A DNA stretch of 64,000 bases from Alphaproteobacteria bacterium (GTDB taxonomy: Bacteria > Pseudomonadota > Alphaproteobacteria > GCA-2731375): assembly GCA_965216645.1 (NCBI GenBank), contig CBDCGJ010000068.1, forward strand, positions 2,626 through 66,625, in the 5' to 3' direction. Below, one piece after another: positions 28,558 to 40,223 of this stretch. The position numbers were made by a program, and so were the translations under genes. The notes under the pieces are model-generated. The model saw only the letters and a program-made list of their open reading frames with translations. It searched no databases and was not told the DNA's origin. Position 1 is the first letter of the stretch; every line of letters begins with the position of its first letter.

Positions 28558-30882
28558 ATGGCACATACATCGATGAAGGAAACCGACGCCGAATTCACCG
28601 CGGCGCTCGTGAAAGCGGAAGAAGCCCGTTGGATCCCCTTGCGTCCGGAGCGCCCGGAAAAAGGCGAAGGCGGGCGGCTTTTCGTACTGAACTCCGAATA
28701 CGAACCCGCCGGCGACCAGCCGCGGGCGATCGCCGAATTGACTCAAGGTATTCTCGACAGCGAACAAAATCAGGTTCTGCTCGGCGTTACCGGCTCCGGC
28801 AAGACTTTCACAATGGCCCATGTCATCCAAAACGTTCAGAAGCCGACTCTCATCCTGGCCCAGAACAAGACGCTGGCGGCCCAGTTGTATGGGGAGATGA
28901 AGGGCTTCTTCCCCAACAATGCGGTCGAGTATTTCGTCTCCTACTACGATTACTATCAGCCGGAAGCCTATGTACCGCGCACCGACACCTATATCGAGAA
29001 GGAAGCGAATATCAACGCCCAGATCGACCGGATGCGCCACTCGGCCACGCGGGCCCTTCTCGAGCGGGACGACGTCGTGATCGTCGCGTCCGTTTCCTGC
29101 ATCTACGGTATCGGGGCGGTGGAAACTTATGCCCAGATGACCGTGACCCTGAAAAACGGCCAGCAGCTGGACCGCAACGGTCTGCTCAAGGACATGGTCG
29201 CGCTACAGTATCGGCGCAACGACAACTTTTTCGACCGCGGCACGTTCCGTGTTCGTGGCGACGTGGTCGAGTTGTGGCCGGCGCACCTGTCTGACCGGGC
29301 CTGGCGATTCGAGTTATTCGGCGACGAATTGGATTCGATCATCGAGTTTGACCCCCTTACGGGCCAAAAAACCGACGCCTACGACCAGGTCAAGATTTAT
29401 CCCAACAGCCACTATGTGACACCGCGCCCAACCCTGCAGCAGGCGGCGAAAGGCATTAAGGCGGAGCTATCGGAACGGCTAACCCAATTGCGCGATCGCG
29501 GCTATCTGCTGGAGGCGGAACGTCTGGAACAGCGCACCATGCTCGACCTGGAAATGATGCAGGCCGCCGGCTCATGCCCCGGCATCGAAAACTACTCGCG
29601 CTATTTGACCGGCAGGCCACAGGGCCATCCGCCGCCGACGCTGCTCGAATATCTGCCGGAAGATTCGTTGATGATTATCGACGAGTGCCATGTCACGGTG
29701 CCGCAGATCGGCGGTATGTTCCGCGGCGACTTCCGACGCAAATGGACGCTATCCGAATTCGGCTTCCGCCTCCCCTCCTGCGTCGACAACAGGCCGTTGA
29801 AGTTCGAGGAATGGAATGCGATTCGACCGCAGACCATATACGTGTCAGCCACGCCCGGTTCATGGGAGCTGGAACAGACCGGCGGCGTGTTCACCGAACA
29901 GGTCATTCGCCCCACCGGACTGATCGACCCCGAATGCATTATCCGGCCGGTGGAGACCCAAGTCGACGACTTGATCGCCGAATGCCGGGACGTAGCCAAG
30001 GCCGGCGGCCGGGTGCTGGTCACGACCTTGACCAAGCGTATGGCGGAAGACCTAACAGAATATCTGCACGAGGCGGGTCTGCGCGTCCGCTATATGCATT
30101 CGGACATCGAAACCCTGGAACGAATTGAGATCATTCGCGATCTTCGTCTCGGCGTGTTCGATGTGTTGGTCGGAATCAATCTGCTGCGCGAGGGTCTCGA
30201 TATTCCGGAGTGCATGTTGGTGGCTATCCTGGATGCGGACAAGGAAGGATATCTACGCTCCACGACGTCGCTGATCCAAACCATCGGCCGCGCGGCACGC
30301 AATGTCGACGGACGGGTCATTCTTTATGCCGACGTGATGACGCAAAGCCTCAACAATGCGATCGACGAAACAGCCCGCAGACGGGCTCGTCAACAGGCCT
30401 ATAACGATGAACACGGAATCACGCCGGAATCCGTTCGTAAGAATATCGGAGATATCCTCGAATCCGTACATGAAGGCGATCACGTCACGGTCAAAACCGG
30501 CGACGAGGAACGCAAGCATTTGATCGGCCACAATTTGCAAGCCTACAAGGAAGACCTCGAGCAGCGCATGCGCGCGGCCGCGGCCGATTTGGAATTCGAG
30601 GAGGCGGCCCGATTACGCGACGAACTGCGACGGCTGGAGGATCTCGAATTGGAAGGCATGGACGGCAGCGTCGACGGGGACGATGGTCTATCGGTGGCCG
30701 GCCGGGCCGGACCGAAAAAACAGCGGCAGCGATATCGCCGCGACGGCGCCCCCGCCCCCCCGAAAGAACCGACAACCGCGATCACGCCCGAAATGTTGGA
30801 GAAGACAAAAAATACCCGTGGCCGATCCAAGTCTGGCCGGCCCGGCACTCGGGCATTGAAGTTCAAATCGCGCCGGTCCTAA
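28558..30882 (+). CDS. uvrB: Excinuclease ABC subunit B
   Basis: [37 protein letters not shown]-terminal UVR domain. Confidence 0.97.
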   Translation: MAHTSMKETDAEFTAALVKAEEARWIPLRPERPEKGEGGRLFVLNSEYEPAGDQPRAIAELTQGILDSEQNQVLLGVTGSGKTFTMAHVIQNVQKPTLILAQNKTLAAQLYGEMKGFFPNNAVEYFVSYYDYYQPEAYVPRTDTYIEKEANINAQIDRMRHSATRALLERDDVVIVASVSCIYGIGAVETYAQMTVTLKNGQQLDRNGLLKDMVALQYRRNDNFFDRGTFRVRGDVVELWPAHLSDRAWRFELFGDELDSIIEFDPLTGQKTDAYDQVKIYPNSHYVTPRPTLQQAAKGIKAELSERLTQLRDRGYLLEAERLEQRTMLDLEMMQAAGSCPGIENYSRYLTGRPQGHPPPTLLEYLPEDSLMIIDECHVTVPQIGGMFRGDFRRKWTLSEFGFRLPSCVDNRPLKFEEWNAIRPQTIYVSATPGSWELEQTGGVFTEQVIRPTGLIDPECIIRPVETQVDDLIAECRDVAKAGGRVLVTTLTKRMAEDLTEYLHEAGLRVRYMHSDIETLERIEIIRDLRLGVFDVLVGINLLREGLDIPECMLVAILDADKEGYLRSTTSLIQTIGRAARNVDGRVILYADVMTQSLNNAIDETARRRARQQAYNDEHGITPESVRKNIGDILESVHEGDHVTVKTGDEERKHLIGHNLQAYKEDLEQRMRAAAADLEFEEAARLRDELRRLEDLELEGMDGSVDGDDGLSVAGRAGPKKQRQRYRRDGAPAPPKEPTTAITPEMLEKTKNTRGRSKSGRPGTRALKFKSRRS

Positions 30883-31040
30883 TCGCACAAAAACAGACAG
30901 TTTGCGGGATCGTTGTCGATTTCCTAGGGTGTTCGACCTTCCACTTGGCGTATTTCTTCATATATATCACTGAATATGTTGGATTTTGGGGCGATTGGCA
31001 TGGGCGTTAGGCGACCAGCAGACGGGCAGTACGACTTATC

Positions 31041-32033
31041 ATGATGTATCTAATGGTCGCCGTCGGATTGACGCTTCTCTTGGTTGGCGGCGACATACTG
31101 GTCCGTGGCGCGGTTACTCTGGCTGAAGTTTTGAAAGTGCCGCAATTGGTCATCGGCTTGACGGTGGTCGCATTCGGTACGTCGGCCCCGGAACTGGTCG
31201 TTAGCCTAAATGCGGCGTTCGCCGGCGCGCCGGAACTGGTGATCGGCAATGTGGTCGGCAGCAATGTAGCCAACGTTCTGCTCGTCCTTGGCGTGCCGGC
31301 CATCATCTTTCCTATCGCTTGTGAAACCGACGCGGTACGCCGCGACTGCATGGTGATGATTATTGTCAGCGCATTGTTTATCGCCTTGTGCTGGACCAAA
31401 CAGATCACATGGCACTATGGCCTGGTGATGGTCGCTGTCTTGGTCAGCTACCTCTATTGGTCCTACGCGAACGCGCGGAAGAATCGTCAAGATAACCATG
31501 ATGAAGTCGATCAACTCGGCGACTTCGACGGGATGGAGGGGCGGCCGCAGGACTGGCGGGTTTCGGTCGCCTTTGTCGTCGGCGGCTTGATCGGATTGGT
31601 GATCGGGTCAGAATTGCTTGTCGACGGCGCTGTCGATATTGCCCGCGGCTTCGGCGTCTCCGACGCGATTATCGGATTGACGCTGGTCGCCCTCGGCACC
31701 TCGCTACCGGAGTTGGCCACGTCCATGGTCGCCGCCATACGCCGGCATGGCGAAGTCGCTGTCGGCAATGTCGTAGGTTCGAACCTGTTCAACATATTGG
31801 CGATCATGGGAATCACCACCCTTTTCAAGCCGATCCCGATCCCCAACCATTTTCTGCAAATCGACCTTTGGGTGATGATGGCCGCGGCGTTGGCATTGGC
31901 CCCGTTCGCATTGCGTTGTCAGCCGATCGGCCGCCTTCCCGGATTGATATTTGCCCTCGCCTATGTGGTTTACATCATCTTCCTGTTCAAAGGGCACGGC
32001 GATCTGGCGTCTCAATTGAAGATTGCGTTCTGA
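31041..32033 (+). CDS. Ca2+/Na+ antiporter (CaCA family, YrbG-like)
   Basis: Two alpha repeats: GTSAPE/GNVVGSN and GTSLPE/GNVVGSN. Confidence 0.92.
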   Translation: MMYLMVAVGLTLLLVGGDILVRGAVTLAEVLKVPQLVIGLTVVAFGTSAPELVVSLNAAFAGAPELVIGNVVGSNVANVLLVLGVPAIIFPIACETDAVRRDCMVMIIVSALFIALCWTKQITWHYGLVMVAVLVSYLYWSYANARKNRQDNHDEVDQLGDFDGMEGRPQDWRVSVAFVVGGLIGLVIGSELLVDGAVDIARGFGVSDAIIGLTLVALGTSLPELATSMVAAIRRHGEVAVGNVVGSNLFNILAIMGITTLFKPIPIPNHFLQIDLWVMMAAALALAPFALRCQPIGRLPGLIFALAYVVYIIFLFKGHGDLASQLKIAF

Positions 32034-32034
32034 T

Positions 32035-32796
32035 ATGCCATCGGAACGAAAAGGTTCGGCCCTCGTCACCGGCGCCGGCGTGCGGATCGGCCGGGCGATC
32101 GCAATCGACTTAGCGACCCATGGATATGACGTTGCGGTCCATTACAATACGTCATCCGAAGGCGCCGCCGACACGTCACGCGAGATTGAGAAGGCCGGGC
32201 GTCGGGCGCTCCCGCTACAAGCGGATCTCGCGGACGGAAAAGCTTGTCTGGACCTGGTGTCACGCGCGCGGGAAGGTATTGGCGACCTGAATGTGCTGGT
32301 CAACAACGCCTCCATTTTCCGTCGCGACGTGGTCGAGGATCTCACGATCGAGAGCTGGAACGAGAATTTAGATGTCAATCTAAGGGCGCCAATGCTGCTT
32401 ATGCAGGCGTTCGCGCAGGCGCTGCCAGCGGATCGGAAAGGAAACATCGTCAACATTATCGATCAGAAAGTATGGCGGCTGACACCATTTTATCTTTCCT
32501 ACACGGTGGCCAAGGCAGGTCTTTGGACCCTCACCCGAACAATGGCGCAAGCATTGGCGCCGAATGTGCGCGTCAATGCGATCGGGCCCGGACCTGTGAT
32601 GGCGAATACAGAAATGACGGCAGCGGAATTCGAAGTCCGTTGGCAATCTATGCCTTTGGAGCGAGGCGCATCGCCAACAGACCTCTGTAACGGCATTCGA
32701 TATTTATTGTCCGCAGACGCCATGACTGGACAAATGCTCGCCTTGGACGGCGGTCAGCATTTGATCTACAGCAGCAAGATTTCCGAATCAGAATAA
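32035..32796 (+). CDS. Pteridine reductase-like SDR (FolM-type)
   Basis: TGAGVRIG, VHYN, NNASIF, IIDQ, YTVAK. Confidence 0.85.
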   Translation: MPSERKGSALVTGAGVRIGRAIAIDLATHGYDVAVHYNTSSEGAADTSREIEKAGRRALPLQADLADGKACLDLVSRAREGIGDLNVLVNNASIFRRDVVEDLTIESWNENLDVNLRAPMLLMQAFAQALPADRKGNIVNIIDQKVWRLTPFYLSYTVAKAGLWTLTRTMAQALAPNVRVNAIGPGPVMANTEMTAAEFEVRWQSMPLERGASPTDLCNGIRYLLSADAMTGQMLALDGGQHLIYSSKISESE

Positions 32797-33124
32797 CCAA
32801 TGTGTTGACCAATTCTGTCAGTCCTCAATACTTCATAAAAATTTAACAATACCTATAGACGGCGCTGGCTGACAGGTCCTTCGGTCGTTTGATTTGGGAA
32901 CGCGAGGCTGAATTCTCTGTCAATAATTGCCTTGATTTGTCAAAAGTGAGGGTAAATATGCACAGGCCGATTCGCTTCAGGATTTTCTAATATCCGAACC
33001 TGTTTATCTTAACGATTTCACTGGCGAGAATTGAGAAAATCAAAAAAAGACGATAAAAATCAACTTCTTAGAAAAATGCCCAATATATAGGCAAAAACAT
33101 CAGATCGACGAAATAAGCAGAATA

Positions 33125-33178
33125 CTGCCCACATGCGCCGATTTCTCCCACAAACTTATCCACAGGAAGCGTGGATAT
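33125..33178. promoter_or_regulatory. Cluster of DnaA boxes upstream of uvrC
   Basis: Perfect TTATCCACA at 33156-33164, inverted ATATCCACG at 33170-33178, degenerate CTGCCCACA at 33125 and TCTCCCACA at 33144, within an AT-rich gap of about 460 bp. Confidence 0.7.
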
Positions 33179-33258
33179 CGTGATAAGGCGCCGTATTCTT
33201 TCATATTTTTGTGTGTTTGCCGCTTGCATCAGGTCCGGTGAAGCCGCAGATTCATGGC

Positions 33259-35259
33259 ATGTCAAAAGCTCGCAGGCCCGATCACGCGCCAACCGATTTA
33301 CCTGGCGATGCCGCCCCGTCTACCCGCGGGTTCGCCGAAAACCCGGCAGCCTACCAAGAACAGACCGGAGGCGACGAAGTAAAGGCGGAAAATTACGAAC
33401 ACGGTCGGGAGGTGATCCGCAGAGCCTTGAAGACCATGCCACGAGGACCGGGCGTCTATCGCATGATCAATTCCAAGGGCGATGCGCTCTACGTCGGCAA
33501 AGCCAAGAACCTGCGCAATCGGGTGCAAAACTACGTCAACGCGTCGGGTTTGACTTTTCGTACGATGCGGATGATCGCCTTGACCGCCGCAATGGAAGTT
33601 GTCAGCACCCATACGGAAGTCGAAGCGTTATTGCTTGAAAGCAATATGATCAAACGCCTGCGGCCGCGTTACAACGTGTTGCTGCGGGACGACAAGTCCT
33701 TCCCCTTCGTCCTGATCACGGGCGATCATGAATGGCCCCAAATAACGAAACATCGCGGGGCGAGAAGTCGGAAAGGTCGGTATTTCGGGCCGTTCGCCTC
33801 CGCCGGTGCGGTAAACCGTACGCTGAACGCCTTACAGAAGGCGTTTCCGATCCGCCCCTGTACAGACAGCGTCTTCTCGGCACGCACGCGGCCTTGTTTG
33901 CAGTACCAAATCCGTCGCTGTACGGCCCCCTGCGTCGGCCGAATTGACGCCGAGGATTATGCCAATCTGGTCGACGAAGTCACAGACTTTCTGTCCGGGC
34001 GTAGCCATCGGGTGCAGGAGGATTTGAAGCGTAAGATGACGGCGGCAAGCGAGGCATTGGAGTTCGAAACCGCGGCGCTGTACCGGGATCGGCTGAAGGC
34101 TTTAGCCCATATCCAGTCGCATCAGGGAATCAATGTCACACGGGTCGAAGACGCCGACATTATTGCGATCGCCCAAGAAGGTGGGCAAAGTTGCGTCCAG
34201 GTGTTTTTCTTCCGCGCCGGGCAGAATTGGGGCAACCGGGCCTACTTCCCGAGCCACGGCAAGGACCAAGGTCCAGAAGAAGTGTTGACGGCCTTCTTAG
34301 GGCAATTTTACGACGACAAACCGCCGCCACGCGAAATCCTGGTCAACGAGAAACCTCACGATGCCGACCTGATCGCCGACGCTCTTTCAACGAAGGCCGA
34401 CCGACGCGTCCGCGTCCATCGTCCGCAGCGCGGGACATTGCGGGAACTCGTACAACAGGCGCACCACAATGCCCGAGAGGCGCTCGGACGTCGCCTGGCG
34501 GAGAGCGCGACCCAACGCCGCCTGCTGGACGAGATGACGGCGCTGCTCGAAATCGATGGCCAATTGGACCGAATAGAGGTTTACGACAACAGCCATATCC
34601 AGGGCACCAACGCCATCGGCGCTATGATTGTCGCCGGTCCGGACGGTTTCGTGAAAAACGGCTACCGCAAATTCAATATCAAAAGCAGTAAACTCACGCC
34701 CGGCGACGATTATGCCATGATGCGGGAGGTCCTGACCCGCCGCTTTTCACGGTTGCTCAGGTCCGCGGATGAGGACGCCAACGGCGAAAACAGCCGGATC
34801 GCGGGCGAATGGCCGGACCTGGTATTGATCGATGGCGGCAAGGGGCAACTCTCCGCCGCCCTCGACGTGATGAACGAGTTGGGGATCACAAGCGTCGCCG
34901 TGGCCGCCGTTTCGAAGGGCCCCGACCGGAATGCCGGTCGGGAGCAAATTCACCTACCCGACCGAGCGCCAATGTTGCCCGCGCAACGCTCCGCCGTGCT
35001 GTATTTTATCCAGCGTTTGCGGGATGAAGCGCATCGCTTCGCCATCGGTACCCATCGCAAACGCCGTGCCAAGGGGGTCGGCGCCTCCGTTCTGGACGAA
35101 ATCGAAGGCATCGGTCCACGGCGCAAACGTGCCCTTCTCAATCATTTCGGTTCGGCGCGCGAGGTCGAACGCGCCGCCCTCAGCGATCTGCAGGCACTGG
35201 ACGGCATATCCGGATCGGTGGCAAAAAAGATCTATGATTTCTTCCATCCCGACGATTGA
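33259..35259 (+). CDS. uvrC: Excinuclease ABC subunit C
   Basis: [28 protein letters not shown] domain, DNSH, IDGGKGQ, HhH GIG. Confidence 0.97.
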   Translation: MSKARRPDHAPTDLPGDAAPSTRGFAENPAAYQEQTGGDEVKAENYEHGREVIRRALKTMPRGPGVYRMINSKGDALYVGKAKNLRNRVQNYVNASGLTFRTMRMIALTAAMEVVSTHTEVEALLLESNMIKRLRPRYNVLLRDDKSFPFVLITGDHEWPQITKHRGARSRKGRYFGPFASAGAVNRTLNALQKAFPIRPCTDSVFSARTRPCLQYQIRRCTAPCVGRIDAEDYANLVDEVTDFLSGRSHRVQEDLKRKMTAASEALEFETAALYRDRLKALAHIQSHQGINVTRVEDADIIAIAQEGGQSCVQVFFFRAGQNWGNRAYFPSHGKDQGPEEVLTAFLGQFYDDKPPPREILVNEKPHDADLIADALSTKADRRVRVHRPQRGTLRELVQQAHHNAREALGRRLAESATQRRLLDEMTALLEIDGQLDRIEVYDNSHIQGTNAIGAMIVAGPDGFVKNGYRKFNIKSSKLTPGDDYAMMREVLTRRFSRLLRSADEDANGENSRIAGEWPDLVLIDGGKGQLSAALDVMNELGITSVAVAAVSKGPDRNAGREQIHLPDRAPMLPAQRSAVLYFIQRLRDEAHRFAIGTHRKRRAKGVGASVLDEIEGIGPRRKRALLNHFGSAREVERAALSDLQALDGISGSVAKKIYDFFHPDD

Positions 35260-35319
35260 CGCGGGGTTAGGACCGGTGTAGCGAATTGGCGGCTACGCCC
35301 GGTCAGGCGACGGAATAAA

Positions 35320-35922
35320 ATGTTAAAGCATATACCCAATATTTTGACGCTGTCCCGCATCGTGGTGATTCCGGCAATGATCGCAGCTTTTTACCTGGAT
35401 GCGCCCGTGTCGAACTGGACTGTTTTCGGCCTGTTCGCTTTTGCCGCGATTACGGATTACTTTGACGGCTATCTGGCCCGCAGCTTAAACGAAGTCTCCG
35501 GCCTCGGTCGCTTTCTCGACCCGGTCGCGGATAAGCTTCTTGTCGCCGCCACAATCCTGATGTTGGTCTATACCGACCAGATCTCCGATTGGACGATCTT
35601 GCCGGCCGTGGTCATCATGTGCAGAGAGATCACGGTATCCGCCCTGCGCGAATATCTCGCCGAATTGCGCGTCGGCATGCCGGTCAGCAAACTGGCGAAA
35701 TGGAAGACCACCGTACAAATGCTGGCGATATGTTTTCTGATCGTGGGCGACGCCGCGTTCTGGAATATTCCGGCCCGGGAGATCGGCATTGCCGGACTAT
35801 GGGTCGCGGCGTTTTTGACCCTTTACACCGGCTATGACTATCTTAGATTAGGGTTGACACATATAACCAAGGATGATCGCCGCGACGATGTGGCGGATCG
35901 CGCGGCGGATCGAACGCAATGA
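35320..35922 (+). CDS. pgsA: CDP-diacylglycerol--glycerol-3-phosphate 3-phosphatidyltransferase
   Basis: PNILTLSR, DYFDGYLAR, GRFLDPVADK; follows uvrC. Confidence 0.95.
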   Translation: MLKHIPNILTLSRIVVIPAMIAAFYLDAPVSNWTVFGLFAFAAITDYFDGYLARSLNEVSGLGRFLDPVADKLLVAATILMLVYTDQISDWTILPAVVIMCREITVSALREYLAELRVGMPVSKLAKWKTTVQMLAICFLIVGDAAFWNIPAREIGIAGLWVAAFLTLYTGYDYLRLGLTHITKDDRRDDVADRAADRTQ

Positions 35923-36428
35923 AGATCTTTGGATTGGCGGGATGGAGCGGCAGCGGGAAGACATCGCTGATGATCAGGCTGCTGCCTGAGTTCGCCGGGC
36001 GAGGTCTGTCTGTCTCGACCGTGAAACACGCCCATCATCGCTTCGATGTCGACATGCCCGGCAAGGATTCCTGGCACCATCGGGAAGCGGGCGCCACGGA
36101 AGTGATGATTTCCTCCGCCAATCGCTGGGCGTTGATGCACGAGAACCGGACAGGCGGCGAAGCCCCGCTCAGAGAATTGGTCGCCCGTATGAGCCCGGTC
36201 GATCTGGTGCTGGTCGAAGGCTTTAAAACCGAACCGCACGACAGACTGGAAGTTCATCGCCAAACGCTTGGAAAACCGATCCTGCAGCCGCATGACGAAA
36301 ACATCGTCGCCGTCGCCGCAGATACGGAAATCGCCGGCTTGACCGTGCCGCGCTTGGATTTGAACGATACCGAGGCGATATTTTCCTTCATCCTCCGTCA
36401 TTGCCGGCTGGAGGAGCGGGCAGCATGA
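35919..36428 (+). CDS. mobB: Molybdopterin-guanine dinucleotide biosynthesis protein B
   Basis: GWSGSGKT, KHAHH, GKDS, VEGFK. Confidence 0.93.
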   Translation: MKIFGLAGWSGSGKTSLMIRLLPEFAGRGLSVSTVKHAHHRFDVDMPGKDSWHHREAGATEVMISSANRWALMHENRTGGEAPLRELVARMSPVDLVLVEGFKTEPHDRLEVHRQTLGKPILQPHDENIVAVAADTEIAGLTVPRLDLNDTEAIFSFILRHCRLEERAA

Positions 36429-37687
36429 CCCAATTGCGCGACGATTGCTTCGCCTTCGGTGACAGTTTGATGCCTATGGCCGAAGCGCTGGACATCCTGT
36501 CGGCCCGATTGGCGCCCATCGCCGAGCGTGAGCGGGTTCCACTTAAGCAGGGTCTAGGCCGCATCCTCGCGGCGGATCTTATCTCTTCGATCAATGTCCC
36601 CGCCCACGACAATAGTGCCGTCGACGGTTATGCCGTCCGGCATGCAGATTTGAATGCGTCCGGTCCGACCGAGCTGCGGGTCGTCGGTCGGGCCGCCGCG
36701 GGTCATCCGAGCGCCGAACCGGTTTCTACCGGCACCGCGGTTCGGATCTTTACCGGTGGGATCATGCCGGATGGCGGCGACTGCGTCGTGATGCAGGAAG
36801 ATGCCGAAAGACTGGGAGAAACGATCAGAGTACCGCCGGGGCTGAAAGCCGGCGCCAACAGGCGCCTGGCCGGCGAAGACACACGCATCGGTGACACGGT
36901 CTTGGCAAAAGGACATCGATTGCGGCCACAGGATATCGGCCTCGCCGCCTCCGTCGGGATCGACGAACTGCCGGTGTTCCGGCCGCTACGAGTCGCCGTG
37001 TTCTCGTCCGGGGACGAATTGTTGGAACCCGGGCAACCGCTACGCCAAGGCGCCGTTTTCGATAGCAACCGCTATATTATTCACGCTTTGCTTAGCGGAT
37101 TAGGTTGCGATGTTAGCGATGTGGCGATCCTGCCGGACCGCTTCGAAGCGGTGCGCGACGGCCTTGCCAAGGCGGCCGAGACACACGACCTGCTGATCAC
37201 CTCCGGCGGCATGTCGACGGGCGACGAGGATCACATCAAGGCCGCGGTCGAAGCGCTCGGCAGCCTGCATTTCTGGCGCCTGGCGATAAAGCCCGGACGG
37301 CCCGTCGCGCTCGGCCAAGTTCGCGGTAAGGCATTTATCGGCTTACCCGGCAATCCGGTGGCGGCGATGGTCTGTTTTCTGAGGTTCGCTCGCCGTATAA
37401 TTCTGGAACTCGGTGGCCGCGACGCATCTCTGACGACACCGAATTTTTTCGCCCTCCCGGCCGGATTCGAGATGGACAAGAAGCCGGCGCGACGCGAATG
37501 GATCCGCGCACGCCTGTCCCGCAACGACAGCGGCGCGCAGGTCGTGGAGCGATACGCCAAGCAAGGCTCCGGCGTCTTGCGATCGATGGTCGAAAGCGAC
37601 GGCCTGATCGAAGTCCCGGAAGACGTTACCCGGATCGATCGAGGCGATCTTGTACAATTTCTTCCGTTTTCCGAGGTCATGGGATGA
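36425..37687 (+). CDS. moeA: Molybdopterin molybdotransferase
   Basis: SAVDGYA, RIFTG, SGDEL, SGGMS.GDED, IKPGRP, GLPGNP. Confidence 0.95.
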   Translation: MTQLRDDCFAFGDSLMPMAEALDILSARLAPIAERERVPLKQGLGRILAADLISSINVPAHDNSAVDGYAVRHADLNASGPTELRVVGRAAAGHPSAEPVSTGTAVRIFTGGIMPDGGDCVVMQEDAERLGETIRVPPGLKAGANRRLAGEDTRIGDTVLAKGHRLRPQDIGLAASVGIDELPVFRPLRVAVFSSGDELLEPGQPLRQGAVFDSNRYIIHALLSGLGCDVSDVAILPDRFEAVRDGLAKAAETHDLLITSGGMSTGDEDHIKAAVEALGSLHFWRLAIKPGRPVALGQVRGKAFIGLPGNPVAAMVCFLRFARRIILELGGRDASLTTPNFFALPAGFEMDKKPARREWIRARLSRNDSGAQVVERYAKQGSGVLRSMVESDGLIEVPEDVTRIDRGDLVQFLPFSEVMG

Positions 37688-37941
37688 AGCTCGACATCGT
37701 CTATTTCGCCTGGCTGAGAAGCAATCTCGGCATCAACAGCGAATCCGTGGAGGCGCCTGACGATATCGAAACCGTTGGCGGTTTGGTTCGTTGGCTGAGC
37801 GACCGATCGCCCGCCCATGCCGGCGTTTTCGCCGACATGAAAACGGTCCGTTGCGCCGTCAATCTGGAGTTTGCGACCGAGGACGCGACGATCAAGGACG
37901 GCGACGAGGTCGGGTTCTTCCCGCCGGTGACCGGAGGCTGA
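37684..37941 (+). CDS. moaD: Molybdopterin synthase sulfur carrier subunit
   Basis: YFAWLR N-terminus, C-terminal FPPVTGG. Confidence 0.95.
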   Translation: MKLDIVYFAWLRSNLGINSESVEAPDDIETVGGLVRWLSDRSPAHAGVFADMKTVRCAVNLEFATEDATIKDGDEVGFFPPVTGG

Positions 37942-38397
37942 ATGGCTGTCCGGGTTCAAGCACAGGACTTCGATGTCGGCGCCGAACTGGCTCGGCTAAC
38001 CGAGGGTCGTCGAGACATCGGCGCGTTGGCCTCGTTCGTCGGTCTGGTGCGGGAGATGAACGAAGGCCGCGGTCTCGACGCCATGACCCTTGAGCATTAT
38101 CCGGGCATGACCGAAAAGCGGCTTGAAGAGATCGAAGCCGAAGCGCGCGCGCGTTGGCCACTCAACGATGTTCTTATTGTCCATCGTTTCGGCCGGCTCG
38201 AACCGGGCGATCGGATCGTGCTCTGTGCCGCCACCTCCAGCCACCGACATGCCGCGTTCGAAGCCTGCATGTTCCTGATGGACTGGCTGAAAACCCAAGC
38301 GCCGTTCTGGAAATACGAGGAATCCGGCGATGATGGCGATTGGGTACAAGCCCGGCAGAGCGACGACGCGGCCGCTGCCCGCTGGCAACGGAAGTAA
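37942..38397 (+). CDS. moaE: Molybdopterin synthase catalytic subunit
   Basis: FVGLVR, LEHYPGM, HRFG, LKTQAPFWKYE. Confidence 0.95.
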   Translation: MAVRVQAQDFDVGAELARLTEGRRDIGALASFVGLVREMNEGRGLDAMTLEHYPGMTEKRLEEIEAEARARWPLNDVLIVHRFGRLEPGDRIVLCAATSSHRHAAFEACMFLMDWLKTQAPFWKYEESGDDGDWVQARQSDDAAAARWQRK

Positions 38398-38427
38398 TCG
38401 AATTCATATCCAACAATTGAGGTAGAC

Positions 38428-39198
38428 ATGGCATATCAACCCTTCGATCTCTCGGGCAAAGTCGCCCTGGTTACCGGCGGCAACAGCGGCATCGGTCTGG
38501 CATTCGCCGATGCCGTGGCGCAGGCCGGTGGCGACGTCTGTATCTGGGGCACCAATGCGGAGAAGAACGAAGCCGCCCTCGCCCAGTTGCAGGCTCACGG
38601 CGGCAAGGCCATGGCGTTACAATGCAATGTGGCCGACGAAGCGGAGGTCGAGAACTGCTTTGCCGAAACCTTGGCCGAACTCGGGCGCGTTGACGGTTGC
38701 TTCGCCAATGCGGGCACCGGCGGCCGCGCCGACAGCTTCATGGAGATGACCACGGAGGAATGGAAGCGGGTCACCTCCGTCAACCTGGACGGTGCTTTTT
38801 ACACCTTCCGCACTGCCTGCCGGCATATGCGGGACCGGGGCGATGGCGGCCGGTTGGTCGGCACCGCTAGTTTGGCGGCGATCTCCGGCCAAGCCCGCGG
38901 TCAACATTACGCGGCGACCAAAGGCGGTATGGTTTCGATGATCTATGCCCTCGCCGTGGAGATGGCGCGCTGGGGCGTGACGGCAAACGTCGTCCTGCCA
39001 GGCTGGATCGAAACGGCGATGACCGAACGAACCTTTGCCTGGGATAAATTCGCGGCCAATGTGTTACCGCGCGTCCCGTCGCGACGCTGGGGGGAACCGG
39101 AAGACTTCGGTGGGATCGCCGTCTATCTGATGTCGAACGCCAGTGCCTACCATTCCGGCGACACGTTCGTTATCGACGGCGGCTACAACCGTTTCTAG
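38428..39198 (+). CDS. Short-chain dehydrogenase/reductase
   Basis: TGGNSGIG, ANAG, YAATK, IDGG. Confidence 0.9.
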   Translation: MAYQPFDLSGKVALVTGGNSGIGLAFADAVAQAGGDVCIWGTNAEKNEAALAQLQAHGGKAMALQCNVADEAEVENCFAETLAELGRVDGCFANAGTGGRADSFMEMTTEEWKRVTSVNLDGAFYTFRTACRHMRDRGDGGRLVGTASLAAISGQARGQHYAATKGGMVSMIYALAVEMARWGVTANVVLPGWIETAMTERTFAWDKFAANVLPRVPSRRWGEPEDFGGIAVYLMSNASAYHSGDTFVIDGGYNRF

Positions 39199-40148
39199 CC
39201 AACCAATTCCCGCCCGACGATAGCGGTCAAGCAACCGACGGCGCCTGCCGCCTTGCGCAATTCGTCGCAAGGCGTGGTGACGCAGTCGATGCCGAGGCTG
39301 CCGTAGAACGCTTCGGCTTCCGGATTGTCGCCAACCATGAGGATTTTGCGCGGACCCAGCGTGACGAAATTGAACGCGCTCCGGTACTCGAACTCGTCCG
39401 ATGCCGGCAAAAAGGCGACCTGCATCTGCCGCGATCGTAGGGCCTCGACGACCGCGAACGGCGTGCGCTTCGGCCAGGCAATCGCGAGGTCCCGGTCAAC
39501 AATACGCATCAGCCCCATGAAGTGCATGGCACCGAAGGGCAAGTCGACGACGATCGCCTCGCCGCCAATGTCTTCCACCGCTTGTGCGACCTGAGCGGCG
39601 CCTTCTGCGTTGGTCCGCAAGCCGCGACCGATCAGCACGGTATTTGGATCCAACCAAGCCGCGTCGGCGCCTTCGAAGGTGGCGTTACCGCGCAGCGTCC
39701 GCAGGATCGGCACGCCGAGATCGGCCAAGCGGCGGGCGACCCAACGCTCCTCCCCGGCGCGAACCGTCGACGCCGGCCGCGCCATGATCGCTCCTTCCGG
39801 CGTAAGAAAAACCAAGTCGGCGCAGAACATCTGGTTTGGGCTTGGCGTCTCGCTGGGATCCACGTAATGGACCGATACGCCGTTGGTACGGTACGCCTCC
39901 GCCATGGCGTCATGTTGGGCGACCGCTTTACCGACGTCCAGCGGCGCCAGCATCTGTACCGCTTCCGGTTCTTCAGATGCCGCCAATTCCTCACCTGGCC
40001 TGTGCAGGACCACGGACTTCAACGGCGCATATTCGCTGTCAATTCCGCTGTCGGCCCATAAGTCGCCGATTTCCTGCCGATGGTTGCGAAGACGCGGCGA
40101 CCAATTTTCGCCGCCATAGGCCGAGGTACCGAAGCTTTCTATCAACAT
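39195..40148 (-). CDS. Amidinotransferase/dimethylarginine dimethylaminohydrolase-family protein
   Basis: SEYAPL..V.LHRP, RAGEE, FEGAD, MHF, C-terminal GAVGCLT catalytic Cys. Confidence 0.82.
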   Translation of the reverse strand: MLIESFGTSAYGGENWSPRLRNHRQEIGDLWADSGIDSEYAPLKSVVLHRPGEELAASEEPEAVQMLAPLDVGKAVAQHDAMAEAYRTNGVSVHYVDPSETPSPNQMFCADLVFLTPEGAIMARPASTVRAGEERWVARRLADLGVPILRTLRGNATFEGADAAWLDPNTVLIGRGLRTNAEGAAQVAQAVEDIGGEAIVVDLPFGAMHFMGLMRIVDRDLAIAWPKRTPFAVVEALRSRQMQVAFLPASDEFEYRSAFNFVTLGPRKILMVGDNPEAEAFYGSLGIDCVTTPCDELRKAAGAVGCLTAIVGRELVG

Positions 40149-40164
40149 CTGGAAATTCCTTCGC

Positions 40165-40198
40165 CAAAAGAAGACACGCCACGAAGACGTGGCGTGTC
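40165..40198 (-). terminator. Intrinsic terminator after ilvE
   Basis: GACACGCCACG/CGTGGCGTGTC 11-bp stem followed on the minus strand by TTCTTTT. Confidence 0.75.
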
Positions 40199-40223
40199 CG
40201 TCATCAAAATTTCGGCATCGATC

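Noticed and set aside
30660-30882. Basic low-complexity C-terminal tail of UvrB
   Set aside because: Such extensions are common in alphaproteobacterial UvrB; no sign of a separate domain
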